Positions 1 through 13,140 of a DNA stretch of 64,000 bases are shown here, piece by piece. The notes under the pieces are model-generated. The model saw only the letters and a list, made by a program, of their open reading frames with translations. It was not told the origin of the DNA and made no database searches. The position numbers and the translations under genes were made by a program. The stretch lies in NCBI RefSeq assembly GCF_006345805.1, contig NC_043006.1, positions 10,726,001 to 10,790,000 on the forward strand, written 5' to 3'. The DNA comes from Octopus sinensis (taxonomy: Eukaryota). Numbering within the stretch: position 1 is the first letter of the stretch; each line of letters begins with the position of its first letter.

Positions 1-362
1 GATGTAAAGTGTAAAGGAGGAAGCAGATAAGGTTTATCCCTGGAAAGAAAAGACTACGGTGACCTCGGTCAATAATGTCACATGTTAACACATTTAATTG
101 CAAGTAACTCTCTGTTTTAAATTTTTCCGGGTTCATAGGATTATGCTCAAGGTGGCTTCGTCATTCATACGTGCCATCCTTGCTACATTCACCCATCTTT
201 TTTTGAAACATTCGCTAGACAAAACTTGCCTCTCTACTCTAACTTTCCTTTTCAAGTGATTCTTGAAGAAGTTGATGGGAGATTGACCAGAGAAGAAAGT
301 GTTTGTCTTTAATCCTTTCAGACACGTCCACCAGATACATTCTTTCGCCATAGCCACTTCGC
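1..362 (-). mobile_element. L1/Tx1-like LINE, ORF2 C-terminus and 3' UTR fragment
   Basis: Minus-strand translation ...VAMAKECIWW...FFKNHLKRKVRVERQVLSSECFKKRW resembles L1/Tx1 ORF2 ends; closely similar to 19920-20168. Confidence 0.55.
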
Positions 363-650
363 TTAATATATATACACGCACTCTAACACACGCACACACA
401 CATATGTATATTTCTGTATATTTCTGCTCACTTAAAACGAAATCAATTGCCGAGTGAAGCGAATGAGACACAAGTCGTTATAACAAGTCTCTGCCCTGAT
501 TTGAACCAAAGTCTCGGATTTTCCCATTCTAGAACAATGAACTAATCCGTAAAAGGAAAATTGTTGCCATAAAAGACATTAACACCTACGTGAACGTGGC
601 TTAACTAAGTAGTAATGGCTAGATTATTTTGGCTGAAGAGGCAATCTTCA

Positions 651-965
651 AAGGAAATGTACTAGCTTTCCTACCAAATCGTGTGGCCGAAGGTTCTAGA
701 GCTTTTGTGTGCCGATAGTAATAAAAAGGAGTGTAAATTCATCTTGAAGAATAATTATCCCAGTTTTTTATACGAATTATGCCGCTTTGCTTTATAAAAC
801 AGTCTCTAAGGAAATGTACTAGCCTTCCTACCAAATCGTCTGGCCGAAGGTTCTAGAGCTTTTGTGTGCCGATAGTAATAAAAAGGAGTGTAAATTCATC
901 TTGAAGAATAATTATCCCAGTTTTTTTATACGGATTATGCCGCTTTGCTTTATATAACAGTCTCT
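651..965. repeat. Tandem duplication, 2 x ~157 bp
   Basis: aaggaaatgtactagc...acagtctct at 651-807 and 808-965, few mismatches. Confidence 0.95.
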
Positions 966-2127
966 CACCTTTCCCGCATATTCAACCTCAAGTCAAAGAT
1001 AGCTACTCGTCGTCCAGGTAAGATTATATTACTTGTCTCGATGCGTCGTCATCCTTTCCAGTTTTTCACTGTTATGATGCAGCTTGTATATACGGGACAC
1101 GACAAAAGGCACCTACGTTTACTGGCACTTTCTCAATAACATGTTGATTGATTTATTTCGCTTGAACTACTTCCATAATATTACCCAGCCAGCTATTAAG
1201 GAGAAAATCATGAACGTTGTATTACATAAACGATGTTATATCAATATAATGGGCGGACATTTATAAATATATCGATGCAGGTTAGTAAAGTACTTGAAAA
1301 TTTAGTTAACCGTTAGCATCATCATCTTCACTTGAAGAAGGAAAATACACTAAAATATTATAGATACTTTCTCATGGATAATGCGAATGTCATTTGTAAC
1401 AGGTGTGTAATCACTTTATTCAATCAGTTACGCATCTTTCTAGAATGCTGTATATTTCAACCAATAGAAGACAAGCGATATTCATGAACTGAACGACAAA
1501 AAACAGTTACACTAAAGTAAACAGGTTGTATTTTATAATTCCGGGAAAATTGAAAATTAAACAAATTTGAATGGATTCGATTAGAAATAGTTCTCTCCAA
1601 CTTATGCGATACTTTGTACTTCACTGATGTTAGGAATCGATATGACAATATTGACTTGGGACCAACAGCAAATTAGGAGACTTGTTATTAAGTATCGTAT
1701 CTTTAAATTCTAACCTAAAATCCGGCAACAAAATTGTCCATTTTTCTTTGATATTAATGAAATGAATATCAGCAGGAGACAAAGATGTATCTTATCGATT
1801 ATTCTTCTCCTTTTCAATAACGTGTAATAGCTCAGGAAGAAAATAATGACAATCCATATACATTGATATCCATTACCTCAGGGATTTCGCGAAGTTCACT
1901 GACCGCAAGAAATGTAGAATCTCACAAGTCCACCTTTTATAACTGTGAGTCAGGAAAAAGGGGAAACAATTGTGGCGTTGTTTCAGCTGAATAAAAGTAT
2001 AAAATGTAGAGAAAATGAGAAAACTAATCAACAATCAGTGGAAGAAATATACTTTGATTCCTGTCGAGAAATTATCTTTTATCTCCTACTTGAATAAATC
2101 ATTAGACTGCAGATATGCCTGAATACT

Positions 2128-2710
2128 TATTCTTTTACTACCCATAAGGGGCTAAACACAGAAAGAACAAACAAGGACAGACGAACGGATTAAGTCGATT
2201 ACATCGACCCCAGTGCGTAACTGGTGCTTATTTAATCGACCCCGAAAGGAAGAAAGGCAAAGTCGACCTCGGCGGAATTTGAACTCAGAACGTAGCGCCA
2301 GACGTAATACCTATTTCTTTACTACTCACAAGGGGCTAAACACAGAGGGGACAAACAAGGACAGACGAACGGATTAAGTCGATTACATCGACCCCAGTGC
2401 GTAACTGGTGCTTATTTAATTGACCCCAAAAGGATGAAAGGCAAAGTCAACCTCGGCGGAATTTGAACTCAGAACGTAAAGACAGATGAAACGTAGCGGC
2501 AGACAAATACCGATTTCTTTACTAGTCACAAAGGGCTAAACACAGAGGGGACAAACAAGGACAGACGAACGGATTGAGTCGATTATATCGAACCCAGTGC
2601 GTAACTGGTACTTATTTAATCGACCCCGAAAGGATGAAAGGCAAAGTCGACATCGGCGGAATTTGAACTCAGAACATAGCGGCAGGCAAAGCATTTCTGG
2701 CAGCTCGCCG
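2128..2710 (-). mobile_element. SINE family A, tandem trimer
   Basis: Three ~180-bp units (core gaggtcgactttgcctttcatcctttcggggtcgat; tail tgtccttgtttgtcccctctgtgtttagccccttgtgggtagtaaagaaata) with one head at the right end. Confidence 0.9.
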
Positions 2711-3099
2711 CTGTGCAAAATTTTAATCGGTAGAATCGACAAAATTTTTTAAGCCTGAAACTTATTTTATCGCTCTGCTTTGCCGAACCACTAACATTCA
2801 GGGACGCACAAAAAACAACAATGATAAATCTACAGGCAAAGCGGAACACTTATATACTACACACACACACACACACACAGGTATATGAGTGTGTGTGTGT
2901 GTGTATCTACACACATGCGCGCATTTGTATATGTATATACGTACGTGTGCGTATGTATATTGGAGGGAATTCCATAAAGTGTTCATCCAACAAATTGAAT
3001 CACAACTTTTTATCACTCAGTCCAAGGCAGTAATTAAAGACGCTCGATGGGATTGAATCAAAATTTGCGTAGCTAAGGAGCGAACTACTGACCTATACC

Positions 3100-3325
3100 T
3101 ATTTCTTTACTACCCACAAGGGGCTAAACACAGAGGGGACAAACAAGGACAGACAAATAGATTAAGTCGATTACATCGACCCCAGTGCGTAACTGGTACT
3201 TAATTTATCGAGCCCGAAAGGATGAAAGGCAAAGTCGACCTCGGCGGAATTTGAACTCAGAACGTAACGGCAGACGAAATACCGCTAAGCATTTCGCCCG
3301 ACGTGCTAACGTTTCTGCCAGCTCG
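3100..3325 (-). mobile_element. SINE family A, full monomer with 15-bp TSD
   Basis: Head with B-box-like gagttcaaattcc; TSD ctactgacctatacc at 3085-3099 and 3326-3340. Confidence 0.92.
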
Positions 3326-3905
3326 CTACTGACCTATACCGCCATACTTAGTTATTTGTATAAATATTGAGATTGACAGAAGAGTATATCTCAATATATT
3401 GAACGTAGCCCTAGATTACGATTTCATTGCAATGAAGAGAGCTGTCTATATATGTTTCGTCTTAAAGTAAATAACCTACATTTTTAAAACTGCAACTTTA
3501 TTTTTACCACTATTCTCCCCATGATGCGTTATCAAAATCCCCCATGTTGTACGGCCATTGATGTGCTGCTTGTAGTGTTACAGAGGTGTCAATGGTGTCT
3601 TTATGAAGATAATATTTCATTGACTTTTCTTTTAGCCATGTTTATGATCTGGACATATGCACACCACGGGTTTGCTGGTCACATCTGTAAAAGGTGATTG
3701 GTTCGAACGTTTAAAAGGTGTTAGTTTTTTGTTGTTTTTTTTTAGTCAGTAGACCAAAAAAATTCAATTTTAATAATTAATTTCCCATTAACATTCGATC
3801 ACAAGGATTGTATACGTGCTTCAGAATTTATACATTCAGAATTCATTAATTAGACAATAAATGATACCCTCCAAATGTTATTAGTATAATTATTTCTATG
3901 TATAC

Positions 3906-3959
<54 letters not shown>

Positions 3960-3975
3960 TATATATATATACATA

Positions 3976-6222
3976 TAATTTAGAATAACTTAGAAAGGTT
4001 TGGGCCAGTATTGTCCCAGGCGATGTCTAACTTAATAGCACCACCTGGCGAAGTCTTTCAATTCAGGATTTGGGCACCAAGGCCCATTCGAGCAGAGAGT
4101 TATTGTTTGCGGAGACATATCCGGGTGTGGGTGGTTTGTCCGAGACTGTTTGAAGGAATTTATCCAAAGACTTCTTGAATTTTGTGTGGTCAGTTTCTTT
4201 TTTGACGTGTCCTGGTGTAATGTTGAAGAGAGCGGGTCCAATTGAGGTGAAATAGATTTGCCGTATTGTCGTTATGTGATGCGATTTAGATTTTTGTTGT
4301 GGACGGATGGCACGTGGTCCAAGCCTTGGATGTATTTTGAAGGTGATGCCAACATCATTCGGACAGTGCTGATGGAATATTTTCCACATCATGCAGATAA
4401 TGTAGCGTTTTTGGCGTCGTTGGAGTGAATACAGTTTCAGCTTCTCTGGTCTACCCCAGTAGTCAAGGTCTGACATGCCATCTATCTTTTTTGTGATTGA
4501 CCTTTGAGGAGCTTCAATTCTCATAATATTTTGTTTTGTGTAGGGAGACCACAGTGGACAGCAGTATTCAAGGTGGGGTCGGGCAAAAGTGGAGAAGAGA
4601 AGGATAATAGTGTGGGAATCTCTCGACAGGAAGGTTCTGAGAATCCAGGAACACATTCAGCGGGCCATGTCAACTTTGGTGCTTATATGTGTAGCCCAGC
4701 TTATGTTGTTGTCCACTGTTACTCCCAAGTCTCTGATGTTGTTGGATGCCATGAGAATTTCTCCAGAAGGAAGGGAGTATGAGAGTTTCAGAGCGTCCTC
4801 CCTTCCAAAGTGGATCAGTTCGAATTTGTCTTCGTTTAGCAACATGTTATTCTTTTCCGCCCATTGGACAACAGCCAGTAGGTCTGACTGAAGGCTTATT
4901 CGGTCATCCACGCCATTGATGACTTTCTGGAGCTTGGAATCATCAGCGAAGGTTCTGATGTTACTGTGTTTGATGGTGTCAGTAATATCATTTACGTAGA
5001 TGATGAAGAGAAGTGAACCCAACACAGTGCCTTGTGGGACACCACTGCTGACTTTGGCAGGGCTGGATTTGACTCCTTCGACTACAACATGTTGGGTTCT
5101 GTTAGACAGGAAGCACTTGATCCACTGCAGCAGCTTTCCAGTGACACCAATATTGGACAGCTTTCTCAGAAGGATCTTATGATCAACCCTGTCAAAGGCC
5201 TTGCTGAAATCAAGGTAGTTGACATCAGTGTTGGAACCCTCTCCCAAGGCTCTCAAAATGTCATCAAAATGATGCAGTAGCTGCGTCAGACAATCTCTCC
5301 CATTACGGAATCCATGCTAGTTGGAGTTCAGCATATTATGACTCTCAAGGAAGTGAGTCATACGCGATCTCAGCACTCTCTCAAATACCTTAATGATATG
5401 AGAGGTGAGTGAGATTGGACGGTAATACACGGCAAGCGATTTGTTTCCTTTTTTGAAAACTGGGACAACAGACTGGGATAGAAGGTCTTCTGGTATATAT
5501 CCAGCATCCAGTGAGTTCCGCCACAGATTGGCTAGAGGGGGTGCAAGTTGGTTTTGACACATCTTCAAGACAAAAGCAGGGAACCTATCGGGACCTACTG
5601 CTGAATTATGCTTCATTTCCTTTATTGCTACTAAGACATCAGGAGCGCCAAAGGTTATGTCCGATAAAGTGTATTGGGGAGTAACATCACTGATACAGCC
5701 CAGATCAGTCATATCAGGATTGCTGAAAACAGAGCAATATTGTTTCTGCAATATCTCTCCCATGGTTTTGGCATTGTCTTGAAGAGTACCATTTTCATCA
5801 ATCAGAGGGCCAACAGTAGAACCAGTGACTCTGTGTATTTTTGCAAATGAAAAGAACACTTTGGGATTGAGTTTCATCTTCTCAATGGCCCAGGCCTCTT
5901 CAGCTCTTCGCTGACTATTGATGATAGACATCATGTTGTTTTGGAGTTTATGTTTTTTATCTCTAGCGACGAGATGGCTGTCAGTTTGGTGTGTTGCTGT
6001 TGACAGTATTTCAGCTTGTTGATTTTTTTGTTAATCCTTTTAATTTTCCTGATGAGAGATTTTCTATTTCTAGGGATTCGACACTTAGATTTGTTTGCAG
6101 ATCTTATTGGGGTGTGTTTTGCACACATGTTCGTAATGGTGTCTACAAATGACTGCCAGGACTTTTTGATGTTAGTGGGTGTGTATGTGTGCGTGAAGGA
6201 CCAATCGACTTGTGCAAGATCA
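3976..6222 (-). mobile_element. 5'-truncated CR1/L2-group LINE inside a (TA)n tract
   Basis: RT motifs YRPISLTS, YLDFSKAFDRVDH, GVPQGTVLG, FADD; C-terminal FKKSLDKFL...PPTPGY; (TA)n on both sides. Confidence 0.92.
4063..6128 (-). pseudogene. Disrupted LINE ORF2 (reverse transcriptase)
   Basis: 4063-5934 is one frame broken by TGA at 4657-4659 (MAR*MC) and TAG at 5317-5319 (SN*HGFR, normally NQHGFR); frameshift near 5931. Confidence 0.9.
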
Positions 6223-6223
6223 T

Positions 6224-6272
<49 letters not shown>

Positions 6273-6600
6273 GATGTGAAATCCTCAAGAAATATACCAC
6301 GACGTCTACACATTTCTAACCTTGAACTCTCAACCTTGAACTTGTCCCGTTTGTTGTATTTTTATTTTCTCATATATTACCACTTTTTTACATTCATTTC
6401 ATATTCGTTAGTTGCTGCACGCATTTTTTTCTCTCCTTCTTTCTGTGTTTTTTTCTCTCTGTGTATCTTTCTGTTGAAGAGCGTAGGCTCGAAACGTTAA
6501 AGACTTGTTTTATTTATATTTCCTGAGCGCCATACTAATACAATTGTTTGTTTGTTTTCCACCTGCTTTCGTCTTTTGTCTATTTTCATAAAGCTTCCCG

Positions 6601-6601
<1 letters not shown>
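6273..6601 (+). mobile_element. Short Penelope-terminus-like element (family P1) between (TA)n tracts
   Basis: Homologous to 14568-14720 and 38552-38715 (both minus); carries an HHR-like motif. Confidence 0.65.
6466..6503 (+). ncRNA. Minimal type-I hammerhead-like motif (variant core CUGUUGA)
   Basis: tcttt-CTGTTGA-a-GAGC gtag GCTC-GAAA-cg-TT-aaaga; sister copies read GAAA-cg-TA. Confidence 0.6.
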
Positions 6602-6640
<39 letters not shown>

Positions 6641-6643
<3 letters not shown>

Positions 6644-7043
6644 CGCAGGAGTGGCTGTGTGGTAAGTAGCTTGCTAACCAACCACATGGTTCCGGGTTCA
6701 GTCCCACTGCGTGGCATCTTGGGCAAGTGTTTTCTGCTATAGCCCCAGGCCGACCAATGCCTTGTGAGTGGATTTGGTAGACGGAAACTGAAAGAAGCCT
6801 GTCGTATATATGTATATACATATGTGTATGTATGTGTGTATGTCTGTGTTTGTCCCCCTAGCATTGCTTGACAACCGATGCTGGTGTGTTTACGTCCCCG
6901 TCACTAAGCGGTTCGGCAAAAGTGACCGATAGAATAAGTACTGGGCTTACAAAGAATAAGTCCCGGGTCGATTTGCTCGACTAAAGGCGGTGCTCCAGCA
7001 TGGCTGCAGTCAAATGACTGAAACAAGTAAAAGAGTAAAAGAG
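6641..7043 (+). mobile_element. SINE family B, full length (tRNA head, CORE-like segment, internal microsatellite, CR1-like tail)
   Basis: A-box tggctgtgtgg, B-box gggttcagtccc, cttgggcaagtg, tail ggcggtgctccagcatgg...actgaaacaag(taaaagag)n. Confidence 0.92.
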
Positions 7044-7071
7044 TATGTGTGTGTGTGTGCGTGTGTGCGTG

Positions 7072-7113
<42 letters not shown>

Positions 7114-7960
7114 CGTATGTATACACACACGCACATGCACACAGAGAAGCGCCGATGTTTTCTTATTGAACTTGAATTAACGTCACAATTTCTCAACTTG
7201 TACGTGAGTGTTTTGAGTGTGTGTATTCGTAGGAGAGTGAAATCGAGAGATGAGGAGCCCGAAAATAAAAAGTTAAATCCGAACGACAGCCTGGCGAGGA
7301 ATCTGTGCTTTACACTAACACTGATACTTAATTTCATACTCTAATACACAATTCAACCTTTATTAATTCAGCCCCTGTTATTCACAAAACGCACCTTGGT
7401 TTTAATTCATTTTTGCCAAAGCATAATTCCTAGTTGTGTCTAGATCTTCTTGCAGAATTTGATAAAGATTTCTCTCACAGGAATGTCACAATTCAAGACA
7501 AATGTCGATGCTTCTAGATACTCATAGTGAAGTGGAACATTTGCTGAAATGCATTCAACCGTGTAATTAAAAGGCGCAACTTTCTCTAGCCTTCTGAGAT
7601 CTGTCATCCCTCGTGTTCCCTTGTTTTCCTCAACCGAATTTTAAGATAGTGTCCATTCCTAATTGCAGTGTTTATTCATTAATTTTCATACTTCAAATTT
7701 CACTTAGCTGATGTTAATGCCCCTTGCTGACAGTTTCTAAATTTTAAACTCTCGGCGATTGCTTTTTTTTTTTCTGTCTTGTTATTTCAAAACCAATTTC
7801 ACATAATTGAAGATTTGCAACTCTCTTTTGCATATGTGACACAAGGGACCGTATAAACGGGATAGCCGGATTAATTGGAAGCCAATACACAAAACCTCAT
7901 ATTTTCAATATATAATCATACTAACAAATCTACTACTATATTATATTATATTATATAATC

Positions 7961-8215
7961 TGGAGGCGCGTGGCTTGGTGGTTAGAGTGTCCGCACCATG
8001 ACCGTAAGATTGTGGTTTCAATTCCTGGACCTGGCGACGCGTTGTGTTCTTGAGCAAAACACTTCATTTCACGTTGCTCCAGTCAACTCAGCTGGCAAAA
8101 ATGAGTAACGCTGCGATGGACTAGCGTCCCGTCCAGCTGGGGAACACATACGCCATAGAAATCGGGGAAACCGGGCCTATGAGCCTGGCTAGGCCTTAAA
8201 AGGGCGCATTTATTT
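7961..8215 (+). mobile_element. tRNA-derived SINE (family C/D variant)
   Basis: ggaggcgcgtggcttggtggttag...ggtttcaattcc head; CORE-like ttgtgttcttgagcaaaacactt; similar to 25912-26150. Confidence 0.85.
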
Positions 8216-8274
8216 TATTTATATCATATCATATTATATTATATTATGTAATAAAACAGAGTGTCTAATGTTGA

Positions 8275-8748
8275 CCTGTTTAGTAAGTGGAAGATTGGTG
8301 AACCGAGATCTTCCTTATGTAGTCGCAATTGCGCTGGTGTGAACATTTTGTTAGAATGAGTGACCAGAGAATACCCAAAGTCCATATGTACAGCAGCTTG
8401 ATAGTGGACACAGGAATGCCAGTCGACCATGGCTCAGATATAAGGACAAGCTGTCAATATAGTGCACAATAACTTTGAGCAAAGAGCCTTGGTGTGAACA
8501 AAATGGAGGTCATCGTGTCAAAATGGTATAAAAGACATTATTTCAACCAGCATCAACAGGCCAAGGGGTTCAGGGCAAATGAGAGAAGCAGGTGCAAATA
8601 TACCACCTGTATTGAGCTGTTATCCCTTTACTTGCAACATCTGTGATCTTCTTTGCAAATCGTTGTCACATTCGACATAAGCATTATGACTGACAAAAAA
8701 AGTGTAGGTTGTCGGATCCTCATACGTCGAAACCGATAGAAGAGACCA
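8275..8748 (+). mobile_element. RTE-clade LINE 3' remnant
   Basis: Degenerate SQLRW-EHFVRMSDQRIPK, RYKDKL and a C-terminal FTCNIC zinc-finger-like segment. Confidence 0.7.
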
Positions 8749-9299
8749 CTATATTATACTATATTTGTGCGCGTACGCATGTGTGTGTGTGTGAGTCTGT
8801 GTGTGTGCGTGTATGTGTTTGTCCGTGTATGTGTTTATCAATCTGCTGCAAATGACATCTGTTTCGCTAAACAGTACCAAGGATCTCTGTACTTCATTAG
8901 TTTTCGTATGTAGTAGTAGTAGTAGTATATAAAAAATCTCTAAAATATAGCATTCACAATGGCGTAGTATATAAATTGTAGCAGAGGCCCGCTTTCTGAA
9001 TTGAGCAAATGCAGTTGAAATGGATGATCTTGAAGCTCCTCAGTTGTCCGTGTTTCGGTTTTATAAAGAACAATGTTCTCTACGCACTCGGTGAAAACGT
9101 TTGGAAGTGTTGATTTTCAAATTCTTGACTACCTGATGATAAGTGTGCCTTTCTGGGACAAGCATTCTATCTTACAACTATTGTTTAGTGATTCTACAGA
9201 AAAAAATGTTAATGGGAAAGCCTTAGTTTCTGTTTGTAAAAAGAAAACAATGAACGGCTGCTAATACTGTTTAGCCACAAGCCAGACATAATCATAACT

Positions 9300-9714
9300 A
9301 TTTCTTTACTACCCACAAGGGGCTAAACACAGAGAGGACAAAGAAGGACAGACAAAGGGATTAAGTCGGTCACACCGACCCCAGTGCGTAACTGGTACTT
9401 AATTTATCGACGCCGAAAGGATGAAAGGCAAAGTCGACATCGGTGTAATTTGAACTCAGACCGTAGCGGCAGACGAAATACCTATTTCTTTACTACCCAC
9501 AAGGGGCTAAATACAGAGAGGACAAAGAAGGACAGACAAAGGGATTAAGTCGATTACATCGACCCCAGTGCGTAACTGGCACTTAATTTATCTACCCCGA
9601 AAGGATGAAAGGCAAAGTCGACCTCGGCGGAATTTGAACTCATAACGTAGCGGCAGACGAAATACGGCTACGCATTTCTCCCGGTGTGCTAACGTTTCTG
9701 CCAGCTCGCCTCCT
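9300..9714 (-). mobile_element. SINE family A dimer inside a single TSD
   Basis: Two units, one head; TSD ccagacataatcata(a/c)c flanks the whole dimer. Confidence 0.9.
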
Positions 9715-11739
9715 TACCAGACATAATCATACCGCCCTGTAATCAAACACGCTCCAGTAATGAACATCTCATTTATATTTAGATACAGTCTGTTCAGAAC
9801 TACATTATCCAGCGTGACCTTTATTTTATTAGATAATAATGCGCTATTTGAGGAAACCTTGGCCACTATTTCTAGTATATGAAGTACATCTCAATATATA
9901 AAAAGCACATGAGTAAATGATTGTTATCCGTTTAGTTTAAAAAAGAAATGTGATGAGATTTAAACAACGAAGGTACCAATGAAAATGGAGTCGCTACGGT
10001 TCTTTGGCAGAGCGTCCGTTTGTTTGCATGTTAGAATGGATTTCTTTTTTCTCTTTGAAGATTTATTATCTCGGGAATATTAGAGAAAACATTTAAGACA
10101 TTGAAATTGATTTTAATTTCTTTTCTCTCATGCGTACAACAGAATGGTTAAAGAATTAAAACGTTTTAATTCTTTGGGTGGCTGAAATTATACTCAGCGG
10201 TAGCATTATGCTCTGCTTTTATTCCGGATCCTTTTTCCCCCTTTTTGATTTTGTATCTCTCGATCACAGCTCATTCAGTCAATTTACGTGTCTCCCTTCA
10301 CTTCTTTCTACTTAAATATATAGTGTCATTTATTTGAAATAGTTCATTCTTCAAATGCTTTCAGTCGAAGATAGACACCAGTTATAGCAGAATATATGTC
10401 TATGGAGACAAGCGCTATAATAACATCTGTAAAAATAACATCAGCATTTCAGATTAAATTCACTTAAGCAACCTAAAGCAATGCACCATGAACGCATCTA
10501 AACAATTGCACTAAAGTAACGCTTTGTTCGTTAGCGATAAACCGGTTACAATTCGGAAGTTACTGATTGTGACATTGCATAAAAGCTTCGAGCTTTTCAT
10601 CTTCAACAAGAATTGTTCGGCACCATTAATTGGCATGTTAGTGTGGGAACGAATAACTCTTTTAGTTCAAAGAGATGAACTGATACGAAGGAAAACATCG
10701 GAACCTCTTTCTCCAAAAACAGGTGTCAAATGCAAAGAGGACATTGACTTGTGAAATGGTTATTGATTTTTTGATGGAATTTCGGCCATAAATTTTGATC
10801 AGAACTATTTTCATGAGGCTAATAATTACGGGTTGCCAATAAATATAAAGGTAAATAAGTTTGTGAGTGTGCTTGGAAGCATTTGGGTTGTTTATATAAC
10901 AATGTTTTGCACTTTCTATAAAATAAAAGATGCGTTTTTTTACGAAAGAAATTTCAAAATATAAAATACAGTAAACTAAAATTATAAAGTGGCGAGTATA
11001 TCGAAACTATTAAATGAATAGCATCATATAGAATAGATGTATTTTTTATATGTGTACCCAGAGTAAAACTAGTCTCTTTGAACATCATTTATAAAATGAG
11101 TAAATTTCAGTGAAATAAATGGTGTTTTATATATTTTTGCACAATAGAAGTCACCCGTTTGAATTAACTGTTAGCAGGCATGTCAACGAAAAAGAAAAAT
11201 GAATGAATTAATAAATGAATATATAAATAAATAAACAGATAATTGTTTCGCTTTGTGTGAATGTTTAAAATGCTTCTAAAGAAAAGTCTATGCTATTATA
11301 ATTTGTGTAATCTAAAAGTAAAAAAAAGGAAAACGTTAGCCGAGGGAAATAAAATCATAACAACAGTTAAGTTGCGGAACAATGAACGGAGATTCTCTCA
11401 ATATCATGCTCTTTACCTAAAGAAAATAAATATTCAGTTGTTCATGATGATACCTTTGTACTGGATATTTTACAATATGAGTGTATACACAAAATATTGA
11501 TTACTTACTAGATAACCATAACCGTTATATATGTTTGATATATATTAAACAAAATGTCTGAGTAAAGTGTTTAGAATATTCACAGACTTTCCTTTTTAAT
11601 TTCATTCAAAAGCTATGTACACAAACATTCTAAATGCATTGGAGTCATTTCAGGTTCCTTGTCTTTTGCTCTCTTTTCCTCTCGCCTCTCTTTTTAGCTC
11701 TCTTTCTCTCTCTCTCTCTCTCTCTCCCTCTCATATAAT

Positions 11740-11782
<43 letters not shown>

Positions 11783-11871
11783 ATGCATGTGTATTGCATG
11801 TGTGTACGCATGTGAATGTTTATAAATACGTACGTCTGACTATATAACGTGGGCATATAGGTATATGTTAC

Positions 11872-11959
<88 letters not shown>

Positions 11960-11968
11960 ATATATACA

Positions 11969-12250
11969 AAATGGCCCAGTGGTTAGGGCAGCGGACTCGT
12001 GGTTGTAGGATTGCGCTTTCGATTTCCAAACCGGGCGTTGTGAATGTTTATTGAGCGAAAACACCTAAAATGTCCACGAGGCTCCGACAGGGGGTGGTGG
12101 CGATCCCTGCTGTAGTCTTTCACCACAGCTTTCTCTCACTCTTTCTTCTGTTGGCCTGCTCGCTTAGCCAGTGGCTAAAACAATACGAAGCGTATTGTGA
12201 CCAGCGATGTGTAGCAACATCTGATAGCCTGGTCGGTCACAGTGATCACG
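11969..12250 (+). mobile_element. SINE family C
   Basis: Head aatggcccagtggttagggcagcggactcg matches 46768-47150; different 3' part. Confidence 0.85.
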
Positions 12251-12280
12251 TGATATATATATATATATATATATGTATGA

Positions 12281-12998
12281 ATTAATAAAAACAGATGTTG
12301 CAACGTTATACCGTAAAGGAAATGTATAGCAGTCAACTAAACTTAACTAAGAGTGTGAATAATACCTAAATTGCTAGAAATAGGAGCTAACATGCTCCAA
12401 TGTTGTTACAAAAACCATAACAGATACTCTGATAGGCCCTGCAATCGCCTTGAACACCGAACCGAGAATCTCTTAGACTGATCGGCCCGTTTCGGCAATT
12501 TCCGCTGACATCTTCATTAAGGCCAGGTCGTTCGATTGATTCCAGGCTTGCTCACCTATCACAATATATATATTCACCATAAAAATCTTTATAGCAGATA
12601 TAAAGTTTAAAGAAGCTGCTTCTGTGATTTTTTAATTATTTTGTATACACACTAGCGAGCTGCTAAATCATCCATAGATTTTTATGAGGAATATAGAGAT
12701 AGGCGAGCTAGCCCGGAATCAACCGAACGATGACAACGGAAATTGCTGAAACGGACCTTCAGTCTTAGAAATTCTCGGTTCGGTGTTCGGGGCGATTGCA
12801 GTCTCTATCAGAGTATATGTTGTGTGCATGGTAACAGCATTGGAGAATTTTAAGTCTTATTTTAAGTTATTCACACACATATTGAAGTTTAGCTGACGAC
12901 TATAATTTTCCCTCACGGTATAACGTTGCAAACATCTGTCCTTATTAATTATTGTATACACATTAGCGATTTGTTAAATCCTCCATAGTCTTTTTATG

Positions 12999-13000
<2 letters not shown>
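12281..13000. mobile_element. Fold-back element (~280-bp imperfect inverted arms) with hammerhead remnants
   Basis: 12281-12560 is the inverse of 12698-12950. Left arm minus strand: tta-aTGAAGA-tgtcagcggaaattgcc-GAAAc...GTC-taa. Direct repeat 12632-12690 / 12945-13000. (TA)n flanks. Confidence 0.85.
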
Positions 13001-13040
<40 letters not shown>

Positions 13041-13140
13041 TCTTATAGAAATAAAAAAATTAAATGAATGTAGGGCTGCAAATAGAAGTGCTTAAGTAAA
13101 AAACCGAGGCAAAAGTCAAACTCAGTAATTAAATCGTAAA

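Noticed and set aside
628-666. CTGAAGA...GAAA-tg-TA hammerhead-like spacing
   Set aside because: No convincing stem II and no (TA)n or fold-back context; probably chance.
400-2050. Possible decayed hAT transposase on the minus strand
   Set aside because: Only vague motif resemblance; no TIR, TSD or continuous frame I can support.
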